The notes below the pieces were generated by a model. It saw nothing but the letters and a program-made list of their open reading frames with translations. It was not told the origin of the DNA and searched no databases. This document shows positions 1-9,495 of a stretch of DNA of 64,000 nucleotides, in pieces. A program made the position numbers and the translations under genes. The stretch spans positions 337 to 64,336 of the forward strand of contig JAMLHH010000003.1 in assembly GCA_023957215.1 (NCBI GenBank), written 5' to 3'. The stretch is from Chitinophagales bacterium. GTDB lineage: Bacteria > Bacteroidota > Bacteroidia > Chitinophagales > JADIYW01. Numbering within the stretch: the first letter of the stretch is position 1; each line of letters opens with the position of its first letter.

Positions 1-1628
1 TCTTCTTCAACAATATTGGCTGATGCCGGCAACTTACCAATTTTTAGAATATTAGAAAGGTCTGTTGCTTCCTCTTTGGTAAAAGAGCCTGTAATAGATG
101 AATTTCCACCGCTAATTTCATTTTCTACGTTTGGTGCTGAATAGACAACACGATCCACGACGATAGCGATATTTTTACCCACATTGTCACCGGTCATTTT
201 TTTCCATTTTCTGGCACCTTCTCCATTCATCTCCATTCCGATATACGTTCTACCAAATTGGTCGATATCCGCTTTGGAGTTGGTAACGGCACTACCATCA
301 ATAAAAGGTTTATTGGTATTAGGTCGTTTTTTGATGGCATACAGTTCAAATATATTTCCTTTATCGCCAACAGCTTTTGCCCCCCACATAAAATCTATAT
401 CTCTTGGGAATTTATTCCTTACTTCAGGAATACTGAGATAAGTATTTACTTTGGCAGTGTCGATATTAAGTGAATAACCGATAACCGGAGAAGCCAAGTA
501 CATATTATTTTGGTCTATTGCAGGATTCAGCACGGCAAATAAAGGAGCTTCTTGCATGAATTTCTCTTGTGAAGCAATAGAGTCAGTCGCCTTATCGGCA
601 ATATCTTTCAGTAAATCTTTATCACTTTTAGAAGAAGAATCTGTCTTTTTCGGTTCTCCTAATATATCGTCTATATTTGAAGCCTGAGTCTGCGTATTAT
701 TATCACCTAAGATATCATCTATTCCGTCAGTGCCTATTGCTTTTGGAGCTTCTTCTTGAGGAGCGATACCTCTTTGAGCCTGCAAATAGAGTTTCAAGGC
801 ATCATTGGCCTGATTAATAGAACCGCCAATTTCAGTAGCTTTATAAGTTTCCCAAAACTCAAGACTGGCAGTAGCTTGAAGCATACTTCTCACTCTTGCC
901 GGGTTATCTACCCCTCCGATTTCCACTGTAATTCTTCCTTTTCTCGGTTCAAGAGTGATAATAGGTTGTCTCAAGCCAAACTGATCAATACGTGTACTGA
1001 TAATATTATAAGTACGGTGTATTGCGTTATCAGCTTCTTCTCTTATATATTTAAGTACTGCATCATCAGAGGTATTCGCTTTAATGACATCGCTATTGGC
1101 TCTTGTAGCAAAAAAATCAGCTAATTTCGCATTAGGGCTGGTTTCTTTGAGTGCTTTAGTAAATAATGTGATATAGTCATCAGCACTTTCTGACATACGA
1201 GTTTCTGCAAGATCCAAGGCTTTGTTAAAAACAGGGTTCGTATTATTATCAGATAGAGATTGTAAAAGCTCTTTGATATTAACTTGTAGTACTGCTGACA
1301 TCCCTCCTTGAAGGTCAAGTCCCAAATTGAGTTGGCTTTCCTTTACTTTTTTGAAAGTAGAACCCAAAAACACCTTTTCAGTCGCCAAAGAGTCCAAGTA
1401 TCTGTTTTTGTATTCTATCCTCGCTTTGTGAATAGAGTCTTTATACAAGAACTGTTGGACAAGGTCGTTTGGATAAAGAGTTTCTGGGTTTTCCGAAGGA
1501 ATTCTCTCTTCGGCGAGAGCAATAGCTTGGCTTTCGATTTGGTTAGCTTTCCAAGTAAAAAGTAATTGGTATGAGCAGATAGCAAGCAACAAAAGCGCAA
1601 TGACTTTAATGAATCCTTTACCTTGCAT
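1..1628 (-). CDS. secDF: Protein translocase subunit SecDF, N-terminal ~542 codons; 3' end lies beyond the window start
   Basis: Absent from the ORF track because there is no stop in the window. Hand translation from ATG (minus strand, 1628-1626) gives MQGKGFIKVIALLLLAICSYQLLF... with SecD-type motifs LNLGLDLQGGMS and GKNIAIVVDRVVYSAPNVENEISGGNSSITGSFTKEEA...GKLPA. The frame stays open to position 1. Confidence 0.85.
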   Translation of the reverse strand, partial: MQGKGFIKVIALLLLAICSYQLLFTWKANQIESQAIALAEERIPSENPETLYPNDLVQQFLYKDSIHKARIEYKNRYLDSLATEKVFLGSTFKKVKESQLNLGLDLQGGMSAVLQVNIKELLQSLSDNNTNPVFNKALDLAETRMSESADDYITLFTKALKETSPNAKLADFFATRANSDVIKANTSDDAVLKYIREEADNAIHRTYNIISTRIDQFGLRQPIITLEPRKGRITVEIGGVDNPARVRSMLQATASLEFWETYKATEIGGSINQANDALKLYLQAQRGIAPQEEAPKAIGTDGIDDILGDNNTQTQASNIDDILGEPKKTDSSSKSDKDLLKDIADKATDSIASQEKFMQEAPLFAVLNPAIDQNNMYLASPVIGYSLNIDTAKVNTYLSIPEVRNKFPRDIDFMWGAKAVGDKGNIFELYAIKKRPNTNKPFIDGSAVTNSKADIDQFGRTYIGMEMNGEGARKWKKMTGDNVGKNIAIVVDRVVYSAPNVENEISGGNSSITGSFTKEEATDLSNILKIGKLPASANIVEE

Positions 1629-1781
1629 ATTAATATATAATCAGTTATAAAAAGTTAGGGCGCAAATATAAGTCTTTTGGTGATTAAATTAAAAAAAATG
1701 TTTCGCTTTACCAAGCAGTTTATAGTATTGACTTATAACTTAAAAAAGTGACAACATTTAGACTTCCCAAATTGTAGAAAT

Positions 1782-2867
1782 TTAAAACAGTCGGCAATAG
1801 CTTTCAAACACTTTTTTCATATTAAAGTTTTCAACGGCATAAGTCCTTGAAACAATTGACATTTGATTCACTTGTTGGGGTAGTGCCATTAAAACATCTA
1901 TTTTCTTAGCCAAATCTTCCACGTCACCGGTTTTAAAAAGCCAGCCATTCACTCCATCTTCAATAATCGTTTTGTTACCCGGGATATCCGATACCAAACA
2001 AGATATTCCGCAAGACATTGCTTGCATAATTGCAGTACTCATGGTTTCACTCAATGAAGAATGTACATAAAGATAAGTATCTCTTAGATTTTGAATCAAC
2101 TCATTTTCAGACAGCATTCCCAAGAAAGTTACACGATGTTCGATATCGATTTGCTTTACTAATGTTATGCATTCCTCAAAGGTATCACCATCACCTGCTA
2201 AATAAACATGAAAGTTAAACAACTTACGCCTTTCGATAATTGCAGTCGCTCTAATAATAGTTTGAAAGTCGTTAGCTCTATTAAAACGTCCCCACATTAA
2301 TATTTTAAATGAATCCTCCAATTTTTTCGCCTTATTTGGACTAAATTTTAGGGTATTAATGCTTTTAGATATTATACAGACCTGTATTTTAGCATCTAAA
2401 TTAAATCGAAGTTGTTTTTCAAAATAATTATATTGATCAGCAGTAAGATAAATTTGAAAGTTTGAAAGTTTCCTAATATATCGAAGTTTATTTTTTCGCT
2501 CTTCATTTGTTGTATCAATAGAGGTGTAGTTAATAGATATGATTTTGATCTTCAATAACTTTATGATAGGAGCAATTTTTACAAAAGTCGTTGTATGAAA
2601 AACGATAACATCCGATCTCATTTTTATGATAAGAAACAAACTTTTAATAAGTATAAAGAATTGTGTAATATAGTTTTCTCTCCAATGAATCTCCTTATAA
2701 TCAATACTTTCATCCTTAAATTTTTTCTTGTACTCATCAGTAAGAGAATTTTTATTCAAAAACAAAGCTTTATGTAGAATTCGATATTGCGCATCGCCTC
2801 CATATATCGAAAAGAACACATTATCATCCAACGGCATTTCATCGGATAGAATATGTGTAACAATCAT
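1782..2867 (-). CDS. Glycosyltransferase family 1 (GT4-like, GT-B fold)
   Basis: 361-aa ORF. The C-terminal region MSTAIMQAMSCGISCLVSDIPGNKTIIEDGVNGWLF is typical of GT1/GT4 nucleotide-sugar binding. The N-terminal half is visibly more AT-rich than neighbouring genes. Confidence 0.75.
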   Translation of the reverse strand: MIVTHILSDEMPLDDNVFFSIYGGDAQYRILHKALFLNKNSLTDEYKKKFKDESIDYKEIHWRENYITQFFILIKSLFLIIKMRSDVIVFHTTTFVKIAPIIKLLKIKIISINYTSIDTTNEERKNKLRYIRKLSNFQIYLTADQYNYFEKQLRFNLDAKIQVCIISKSINTLKFSPNKAKKLEDSFKILMWGRFNRANDFQTIIRATAIIERRKLFNFHVYLAGDGDTFEECITLVKQIDIEHRVTFLGMLSENELIQNLRDTYLYVHSSLSETMSTAIMQAMSCGISCLVSDIPGNKTIIEDGVNGWLFKTGDVEDLAKKIDVLMALPQQVNQMSIVSRTYAVENFNMKKVFESYCRLF

Positions 2868-2895
2868 AATAGAATTTTAAATTTTAGAATTTTAC

Positions 2896-3486
2896 TTACT
2901 TGGCTTTTTCTTCGAGATGTGCTTTTGCCGCTTGTTCCAAAACATCATAAAATTCTTGACCAAATTTTCTGATGAGACCATCTTTCACAAATTTATATAA
3001 GGGCATTTGTAATCTTTTCCCCAACACGCATGCGGCTTTACAGATGTCCCATTCATCATAATTTACAGCTACCATTTTGTCATAATTTTTTACCCGAATA
3101 GGATATAAATGACAACTCACCGGTTTGCGAAAGTTCATTTTCTCATCATTATAAGCATCCTCAATACCACAAGCCGCAGTACCGTCTTTTCTAAATGTGA
3201 CAAAAGCACAAGCTCCACCATTGATAAGCGGTGTAGCATAACCGGTATATTCATCCTCTTTCTCAACAGTAAAAACACCTTGTTCTTCTATTACCTTTTT
3301 ACCTTCAACTGTTAAGTAAGGTAGTATTTTATCCAAGTCACGTTGAAGAATTTCTATTTCTTCTTTTTCCAATGGTGCTCCTCCATCGCCTTCCACACAG
3401 CAAGCTCCTTTACAAGCGTTCAAGTCACATACGAATTGTGTCTCAATAATATCATCACTTATTAAGATATCGTCAATCAGTATCAT
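2896..3486 (-). CDS. DUF3109 family Cys-rich protein
   Basis: 196-aa ORF starting MILIDDILISDDIIETQFVCDLNACKGACCVEGDGGAPL. The CxxxxCKGACC cluster is recalled as the DUF3109 hallmark of Bacteroidota. Confidence 0.65.
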   Translation of the reverse strand: MILIDDILISDDIIETQFVCDLNACKGACCVEGDGGAPLEKEEIEILQRDLDKILPYLTVEGKKVIEEQGVFTVEKEDEYTGYATPLINGGACAFVTFRKDGTAACGIEDAYNDEKMNFRKPVSCHLYPIRVKNYDKMVAVNYDEWDICKAACVLGKRLQMPLYKFVKDGLIRKFGQEFYDVLEQAAKAHLEEKAK

Positions 3487-4208
3487 TTTGTATTTTTTAT
3501 TTCAGATTTACCCATCACAAATACTACCGGAATCTTTTTTAAATTCGGTTTCCTTTTTTTCCAATCTGCAATCAATCGGGTATGTATTTGCTCATTACTT
3601 GCCGTAATATTGGAAGCGATGCATAGCTCAGTAGTCGGTTTCAACCAATTTATTAAATCTTCAAACAATTTATTATTTCTATATGGAGTCTCCATAAAAA
3701 TATGTGTCTGACCTTTTTCAGCTCCTCGCTCAATTTGCAATATCAAATTGCGCCTTTCTTTGGTCTCGATAGGTAAATATCCATGAAAAGTAAAATTTTG
3801 TCCCGTAAAGCCGGATGACATCAACGCCATCAACATAGAGTTAGGACCCACCAAAGGTTTGATGGTAATTCCCCAAAGATGAGCTGCCGCAACAACTTTA
3901 GAGCCCGGGTCTGCAACAGCAGGGCAACCGGCTTCTGAAAGAACACCGATATATTTCCCCTCAACAGCATGTTGCAAGAACATTTCATCAAATTCAAAAT
4001 CATCATGTTTATCCATTTCTAAAAACACACTGTCATCAATCGGGAAGTCTGCATCGACAGCTTTTAAGAACCGTCTTGCAGTACGAATATTCTCCACTAT
4101 AAAATATCGAATATGTGAAATTACAGGCTGTGCAATCGCAGCCGTCTGTCTAATACCTTCCGGTGACAAAGGTGTAGGAACGAGATAAATGATTCCTTTT
4201 TTATCCAT
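3483..4208 (-). CDS. SAM-dependent methyltransferase, tetrapyrrole-methylase (TP_methylase) fold, RsmI paralog
   Basis: 241-aa ORF with IYLVPTPLS... and GVLSEAGCPAVADPG, resembling RsmI-like TP_methylases. It overlaps the downstream ORF by 4 nt. Confidence 0.7.
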   Translation of the reverse strand: MDKKGIIYLVPTPLSPEGIRQTAAIAQPVISHIRYFIVENIRTARRFLKAVDADFPIDDSVFLEMDKHDDFEFDEMFLQHAVEGKYIGVLSEAGCPAVADPGSKVVAAAHLWGITIKPLVGPNSMLMALMSSGFTGQNFTFHGYLPIETKERRNLILQIERGAEKGQTHIFMETPYRNNKLFEDLINWLKPTTELCIASNITASNEQIHTRLIADWKKRKPNLKKIPVVFVMGKSEIKNTK

Positions 4209-4284
4209 AGTGCAAAGTTACGATTAGATTCCCGTATCCTTATATTCTCTGCACTAATTAAACATATTCTAAAAAGCGAAAGTG

Positions 4285-5433
4285 CTATTGACCAACTATC
4301 ACTTTTTTCACACCGGAAAATTCCGGTGAAATAATTTGTACCAAATAAAGACCTTTTGCTATATCAGAAACATTAATAGATATGGAAGAATTATCTATAT
4401 GCCCATTTTTTATAGTCTTACCATTCACATCTAACAATGAATATGTACCATGCACTATATTTTTGAATTGAAGATTAAAAGAAGAACTTGACGGATTGGG
4501 ATAAACTTCAAAGTTATCACTTAAAACACCTTCTTTGATTGAAGTAGCAACACTAACAGGTCTGGAGTGTTGTCTAAAAAACCTCCATATTTCTTCACTT
4601 GCAATAAAATCCATACAAGTATTTCCATTGGATGAAATAGCTAATGGAGACCCGGGCCACGTATGTCCACCATTTTTTACTTTGAAAAATTCAACAGTAT
4701 GACCATCTATTCCACCTGTATAAGTCTGATGTTCTGCATTACAAAAATCAAACTTATTAGTATTAGGAACTTGTCTTGTTATAGGTTCAGGATTACATTG
4801 ATTTTCATTGACCCAGAAAGAAACAAGATCTACTGCCGGAATTGTAAACAAGTCACCATAATAGGACCCTACCGGATCCTTAGTTCCAAAAATAGACATC
4901 ACGGGAATAGGATAAGCAGGATAGCAAAATGGAGTGGTGGACATCCCACCGCTTACAGAAGCAACTGCTGCAAAACGATTACTTTTACAAGCCAAATAGA
5001 TACTCATCGTAGCTCCATTGGATATCCCTGTACTATACACTCTATTTGGATCAATATTAAAATGTGCAGACATAGTATCTATAACTGTTTCAATAAATCC
5101 AACATCATCAACACCATTTGGATACCAATTAGGATTCCAATATTTAAGTTTTGTAACAGGTTCTTGAGTACCTTGTGGTAACACCATTATAAATCCAGCA
5201 GTATCAGCAATAGGTTGAAAGTTAGAATATATTAACTGCTGTAAATTATCTGATGAATAGCCATGTAAATTAACAATTAAAGAGGTGGGCTTGTCTGGTG
5301 AGTATGATTTAGGAACATAGTAAATATATGTACGGGTAAATCCTTGATAAGTAAAAGCTCCTTTGAGTAGTTCTTGACCATAAGAATTAATTACAAATAT
5401 CAATGAAAGATAAAGGGCAAAAGTCTTTTTCAT
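4285..5433 (-). CDS. Secreted esterase, PHB depolymerase/LpqC family, with T9SS C-terminal sorting domain
   Basis: 382 aa. Signal peptide MKKTFALYLSLIFVINSYGQ and a nucleophile elbow GISNG in VYSTGISNGATMS. The C-terminus VYPNPSSSSFNLQF...GLYLVQIISPEFSGVKKVIVGQ is Por_Secre_tail-like. Confidence 0.8.
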   Translation of the reverse strand: MKKTFALYLSLIFVINSYGQELLKGAFTYQGFTRTYIYYVPKSYSPDKPTSLIVNLHGYSSDNLQQLIYSNFQPIADTAGFIMVLPQGTQEPVTKLKYWNPNWYPNGVDDVGFIETVIDTMSAHFNIDPNRVYSTGISNGATMSIYLACKSNRFAAVASVSGGMSTTPFCYPAYPIPVMSIFGTKDPVGSYYGDLFTIPAVDLVSFWVNENQCNPEPITRQVPNTNKFDFCNAEHQTYTGGIDGHTVEFFKVKNGGHTWPGSPLAISSNGNTCMDFIASEEIWRFFRQHSRPVSVATSIKEGVLSDNFEVYPNPSSSSFNLQFKNIVHGTYSLLDVNGKTIKNGHIDNSSISINVSDIAKGLYLVQIISPEFSGVKKVIVGQ

Positions 5434-5492
5434 ATTAGTTAATTTAACTAAATGTAATTTAGCTAAAATTAATTAAAAAATACCTAAATTGG

Positions 5493-6194
5493 TTACAAAT
5501 CCCTGACGCACGAACAAGTCAGACCTGCATTTTTATGCTCAGATTCTCTTTGGTTAACTCCACTACCATAAAACGACCTTCTACTCCAAGCAGTACTATC
5601 TATCAATTCGGTGGATGTCCATTCTGATTCAACAAAAGTAGATGAATCAGAATCAGGTTTAAATTGTCCATCTTTCGACCTCCAACCTGTAATTTCGCTT
5701 GAAAGACTTACACCACATGAAAGATATTTTTTCATATCTGCTTGCATAAGTATTAGATATTCAGTCTTGTCAGCATCTGTAAGTACTCTCCAACCTTCCG
5801 GACAAAGTTTTCCGGTTTCAACAACATACCAATTATACAGTTTCGGGACACTGGCAAATCCGTTAGGATAAGTATCAGCTTGATTGAGATGATATGACCA
5901 AGCACCCTCTCGAGTATTAGCCCAAGCTGTATCGTCTTCAATATTCACGATAGGTGTACCATCATTATATCTATTAGTTTTAAGATGGCTCAACATATAT
6001 TCCTTATTTTTTATGATGACAGTCGAATAAGGATTCCCATCTATATCAATTACTACTGTTGCATCTATATCTTTATTGCAATAAAAATCTTTGAATGACG
6101 GAAGTTGAATTGTGTTATCCTTAATACATGAAGTAAAGGACATTGTAATTATTACAACTTCAATAGTCAGTTTAAGGTTTTTTTTAATCTTCAT
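5493..6194 (-). CDS. Lipoprotein with Fibrobacter succinogenes major paralogous (FISH, TIGR02145-like) domain
   Basis: LYNWYVVETGKLCPEGWRVLTDADKTEYL and the terminal TCSCVRDL match the FISH-domain pattern. I chose the start at ATG 6194 (MKIKKNLKL...SFTSC lipobox) to avoid overlapping the upstream gene; the ORF track extends to 6272. Confidence 0.7.
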   Translation of the reverse strand: MKIKKNLKLTIEVVIITMSFTSCIKDNTIQLPSFKDFYCNKDIDATVVIDIDGNPYSTVIIKNKEYMLSHLKTNRYNDGTPIVNIEDDTAWANTREGAWSYHLNQADTYPNGFASVPKLYNWYVVETGKLCPEGWRVLTDADKTEYLILMQADMKKYLSCGVSLSSEITGWRSKDGQFKPDSDSSTFVESEWTSTELIDSTAWSRRSFYGSGVNQRESEHKNAGLTCSCVRDL

Positions 6195-6216
6195 GATAGT
6201 AATATATGAAGAATAA

Positions 6217-6642
6217 TTACTCTTCTGCGATGTTTTCTTCTGATGAAGATTCATGATTTGATTCTTCAGCAACTTGAATCAAATCATGTTCTTGAAGAAT
6301 GTAAAACCATTTGATTAGTTTCTTGATATCTGTTAGATGAACCTTGTCTTCATCATAATCAGGAAGTACCGAAGACATATAACCCCTCAAAGTTTTCTCA
6401 TCAGATTTTACATCTACAGGCTCTTCTTCTTTCATTTTCAACAAGATATCCAATAAAGGCACACTGTCATTAATTGTGTAGATAGCAATGCTTTCAAGAG
6501 GAGAAAAAAGATATCTTCGTGACGACAAAAATCTCTTGTTATTTCCATCTAAATCTGAAACTATCAATCCATTGGATCTCTGTCCAATGATTCTTTTCAA
6601 TCCTGCTACTCCTGTGATAGAAACTATTTCGCTGTATTTCAT
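6217..6642 (-). CDS. Conserved Bacteroidota hypothetical protein (DUF5606-like)
   Basis: 141-aa ORF starting MKYSEIVSITGVAGLKRIIGQRSNGLIVSDLDG. The family assignment is from memory only. Confidence 0.5.
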   Translation of the reverse strand: MKYSEIVSITGVAGLKRIIGQRSNGLIVSDLDGNNKRFLSSRRYLFSPLESIAIYTINDSVPLLDILLKMKEEEPVDVKSDEKTLRGYMSSVLPDYDEDKVHLTDIKKLIKWFYILQEHDLIQVAEESNHESSSEENIAEE

Positions 6643-6751
6643 ATTCTGTCAATTCTATTTTGAGTCTGCAAAAATAGAATAAATGCAGATTTAAACTATC
6701 TTATAAGAAAATTTAGCAAAAATATGATTAGAATAAAATTATTTCAGCGTC

Positions 6752-8057
6752 TTATTGCTTAATAAATTTACCGACATAGACCTCATTCGTTTGCAAATCT
6801 GAAATTTGGACAACATGAATTCCCGTCGGAATTTGAGAAGTATTTTGTACAATCTGTCTTCCGAGATAGCTATTTTTAATAATTAACTTCCCTGATAAAT
6901 CATAAATTTCAACATTCCAATTTTTAACGTCCGGCATATTGATGCGAAGCTCATTTTCAATGGGATTAGGATAAATATTCACATCCAATTTTTTCACATC
7001 TTTAATTGCTGTTGGTGTAGCTTGTTTTTCACAAGTCACTTGTTTAAAAAGAAATTCGGCAATTCCATTTAATACACGGTCATATTTTTCTTTGTCAATA
7101 AAATTGGCCTGACTGACCAGATCCGAAATATCCAAATTTAAAAAAGGAACATGTCCTCCCCCCTCAAAAATCATAAATTCAGAATCAATACCTTCCATCA
7201 GACACTTTTCATGGATTCGCTTACTACCATACATATCCGGAGCCGCAGTTGCTCCAAAGAGTGGTGAGCCATAATCAAATGGCACAAAATCGTCTTGAGT
7301 TCCATGAATATGAAGCAGTTTTACGTCAGTATGTTTTATAAAACTAGTATCTACTAATGCTCCTGAAATATTAAAGAAACCTTTAAGAACATTACCTTAA
7401 CCACAAAATTTTTCTGCCAAAACTTCATCTATTCTTCCATCATCAACTTCTCTTGCCCATTTGGCAAATTGCTCACCTAAATCATCCGCTTTATTTAAGA
7501 AAATTCCATGCAGATCTATCACACTACCGGCAGATGAACCACCACCGAACATTTCATTTTTATTGATTCTGTATGGATTTCCATTATCTATTTGAGATAA
7601 GACATGGCAAACTAAATCATTGGCATCCAAAGTGGCTTCCACAACAACCTTTATCAAATCTTCTTCTTTTTGGAAACCATTCAGATTCAGCAAACCTCTA
7701 TAATCAGGTGTAATCACCACATAGCCCATTTTCGCCAAAGATTTGGCCAAATCAAGAATATCCGGACTGTTTTTTCACTGCATCTATAAAAGCTCCTCCA
7801 TGCCATAAAACTATCAAAGGTCTAAGAGTGGCAGTATCACCTTTAGGAGCATACACATCATATCTTAAAGTCGGACCTCCATGATATTTAGTCCAAGCAT
7901 TAAAACCTTTATTGCCGTGAAACTCTATCGAAGAAAAAACCTTACTTCTATACCTTTGACTACATTCTTCATTTTGGGCAAAGGATATATCACAAAAAAC
8001 AAGCCCAATCAATAAGAGTATTAAACGCTTTAAAAGCATTCTTTTACACATATTCAT
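6752..8057 (-). pseudogene. Alpha/beta-hydrolase (HGG...GxSxG esterase/lipase) with T9SS C-terminal domain, paralog A; disrupted by a +1 frameshift and an in-frame TAA
   Basis: Three ORF pieces (7752-8114, 7397-7750, 6752-7285) are colinear with paralog B. There is a frameshift at the T6 run 7770-7775 (A6 on the coding strand) and an in-frame TAA at 7397-7399 (FCG*GNVLKGFFNISG versus B FCGHKNAIKGFINISG). Motifs present: LWHGGAF, GSSAG, and a YPNP... tail. Confidence 0.8.
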
Positions 8058-8073
8058 TATTTTATATCGAAAT

Positions 8074-9382
8074 TTATTTAGTAATCTTACCTGTAAAAAC
8101 TTTTTCAGGTGCATTTACATCAAAAACCTGAATAACATATAGCCCTGCATGGATTTGTTGTGTAGTTTGCGTATGTCGAATACCTTGAAAGTTATTTTGT
8201 AAAATCATTTTCCCTGATAAGTCAAAAATCTGTACTTGCCAGCTTTTAGCTTCCGGCATTGTGATTTGGAAATTATCACCTATCGGATTGGGATAAAAGG
8301 ATAAATCTGCAAACCGGGTATTTTTGATTCCGGTCGGAGTCACTTCTCTTTTTTCACAAGTAATTTGGTCAAACAAGAAATCTGAAATAACTTTCATTGT
8401 TAACTGATAATTCTCATCATTGATAAGTCCCAAACCATATTTAAGAATACTTCCCAAATCTAAGTTCATAAAAGGAACATGACCCAAACCTTTAGAAAAT
8501 AGAGCTTCAGAATGCATTCCTAACTCTAACAGCTTTTCATGTACCGGTTTACTACCATATAAGGATGGTGCAGAAGTGATACCGCCTAATGGTTTACCAT
8601 AGTTAAAAAGTACGATATTATCAGCAGTTCTGCTGAATGCTTTAAAAATGTGAAATAGGAACAGGTTTTATAAAACTGGTATCTAAAATTCCACCAGAAA
8701 TATTAATAAATCCTTTTATCGCATTTTTATGACCACAAAATTTATTACTGATCAATTCATCTGCTTCGCCGTTATCCACTTCTCTCGCCCATTTTGCATA
8801 TTGTTCGCCCAAATCATCGAGACTCGGTAAAAGAAGTGCATGCAAACCGGTCACTGCACCTCCGGAAACCCCTCCTGCAAATATTTCATCCTTATTGATT
8901 CTATAAGGATTCCCCCCATTTTCTATTTGATCTAAGATGTGACACACAGCTCTATTGGCATCTATGGCACTTCCAACCACTTCTTTGATAAGCCCGTCAT
9001 CATTAAACATATCCATGACATCCCTCACCCCTCTATAATCAGGAGAAATAGCAACATAGCCCATTCTTGCCAAATCTTTAGCCATCATCACTATATCAGG
9101 ACTCTCCTTGGTAAACATATCCAAATAAGCTCCTCCATGCCATAAAATGACCAATGGTCGTAAAGTTGCAGTATCATTTTTAGGAAAATAAACATCATAT
9201 CTGAGAGGTCTAATCCCACCATTGGAAGTCACCCATTGTCCGAAAGATACATTACCCTCCATACCCACACTATTGAATATTTTATCCCTGTACCTCATCG
9301 TACATTCATATTCCTGTGCCTCGGAAAAGCTGAAAATGAAGGTCAATGTAAGGATTAAAAAGAAAGTAAAGACTTTATTCAT
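8074..9382 (-). pseudogene. Alpha/beta-hydrolase esterase/lipase with T9SS C-terminal domain, paralog B; disrupted by a +1 frameshift
   Basis: ORFs 8642-9382 and 8074-8517 are two halves of one gene. The downstream frame is open upstream to 8667 and reads ...HIFKAFSRTADNIVLFNYGKPLGGITSAPSLYGSKPVHEKLLELGMHSEALF. The shift must lie within 8645-8667 (CATTTTTAAAG on the coding strand). Motifs present: LWHGGAY, GVSGG, and a YPNP... tail. Confidence 0.8.
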
Positions 9383-9495
9383 TTTAGATAATTTTACATA
9401 AAACTAATAAAAATTAAATGTTTGCATAGCATTTTAAATGTAATTTTTTTAACAATGTTATGTTTAAGTAGTTTATTATATTGTCATGGTTATTT

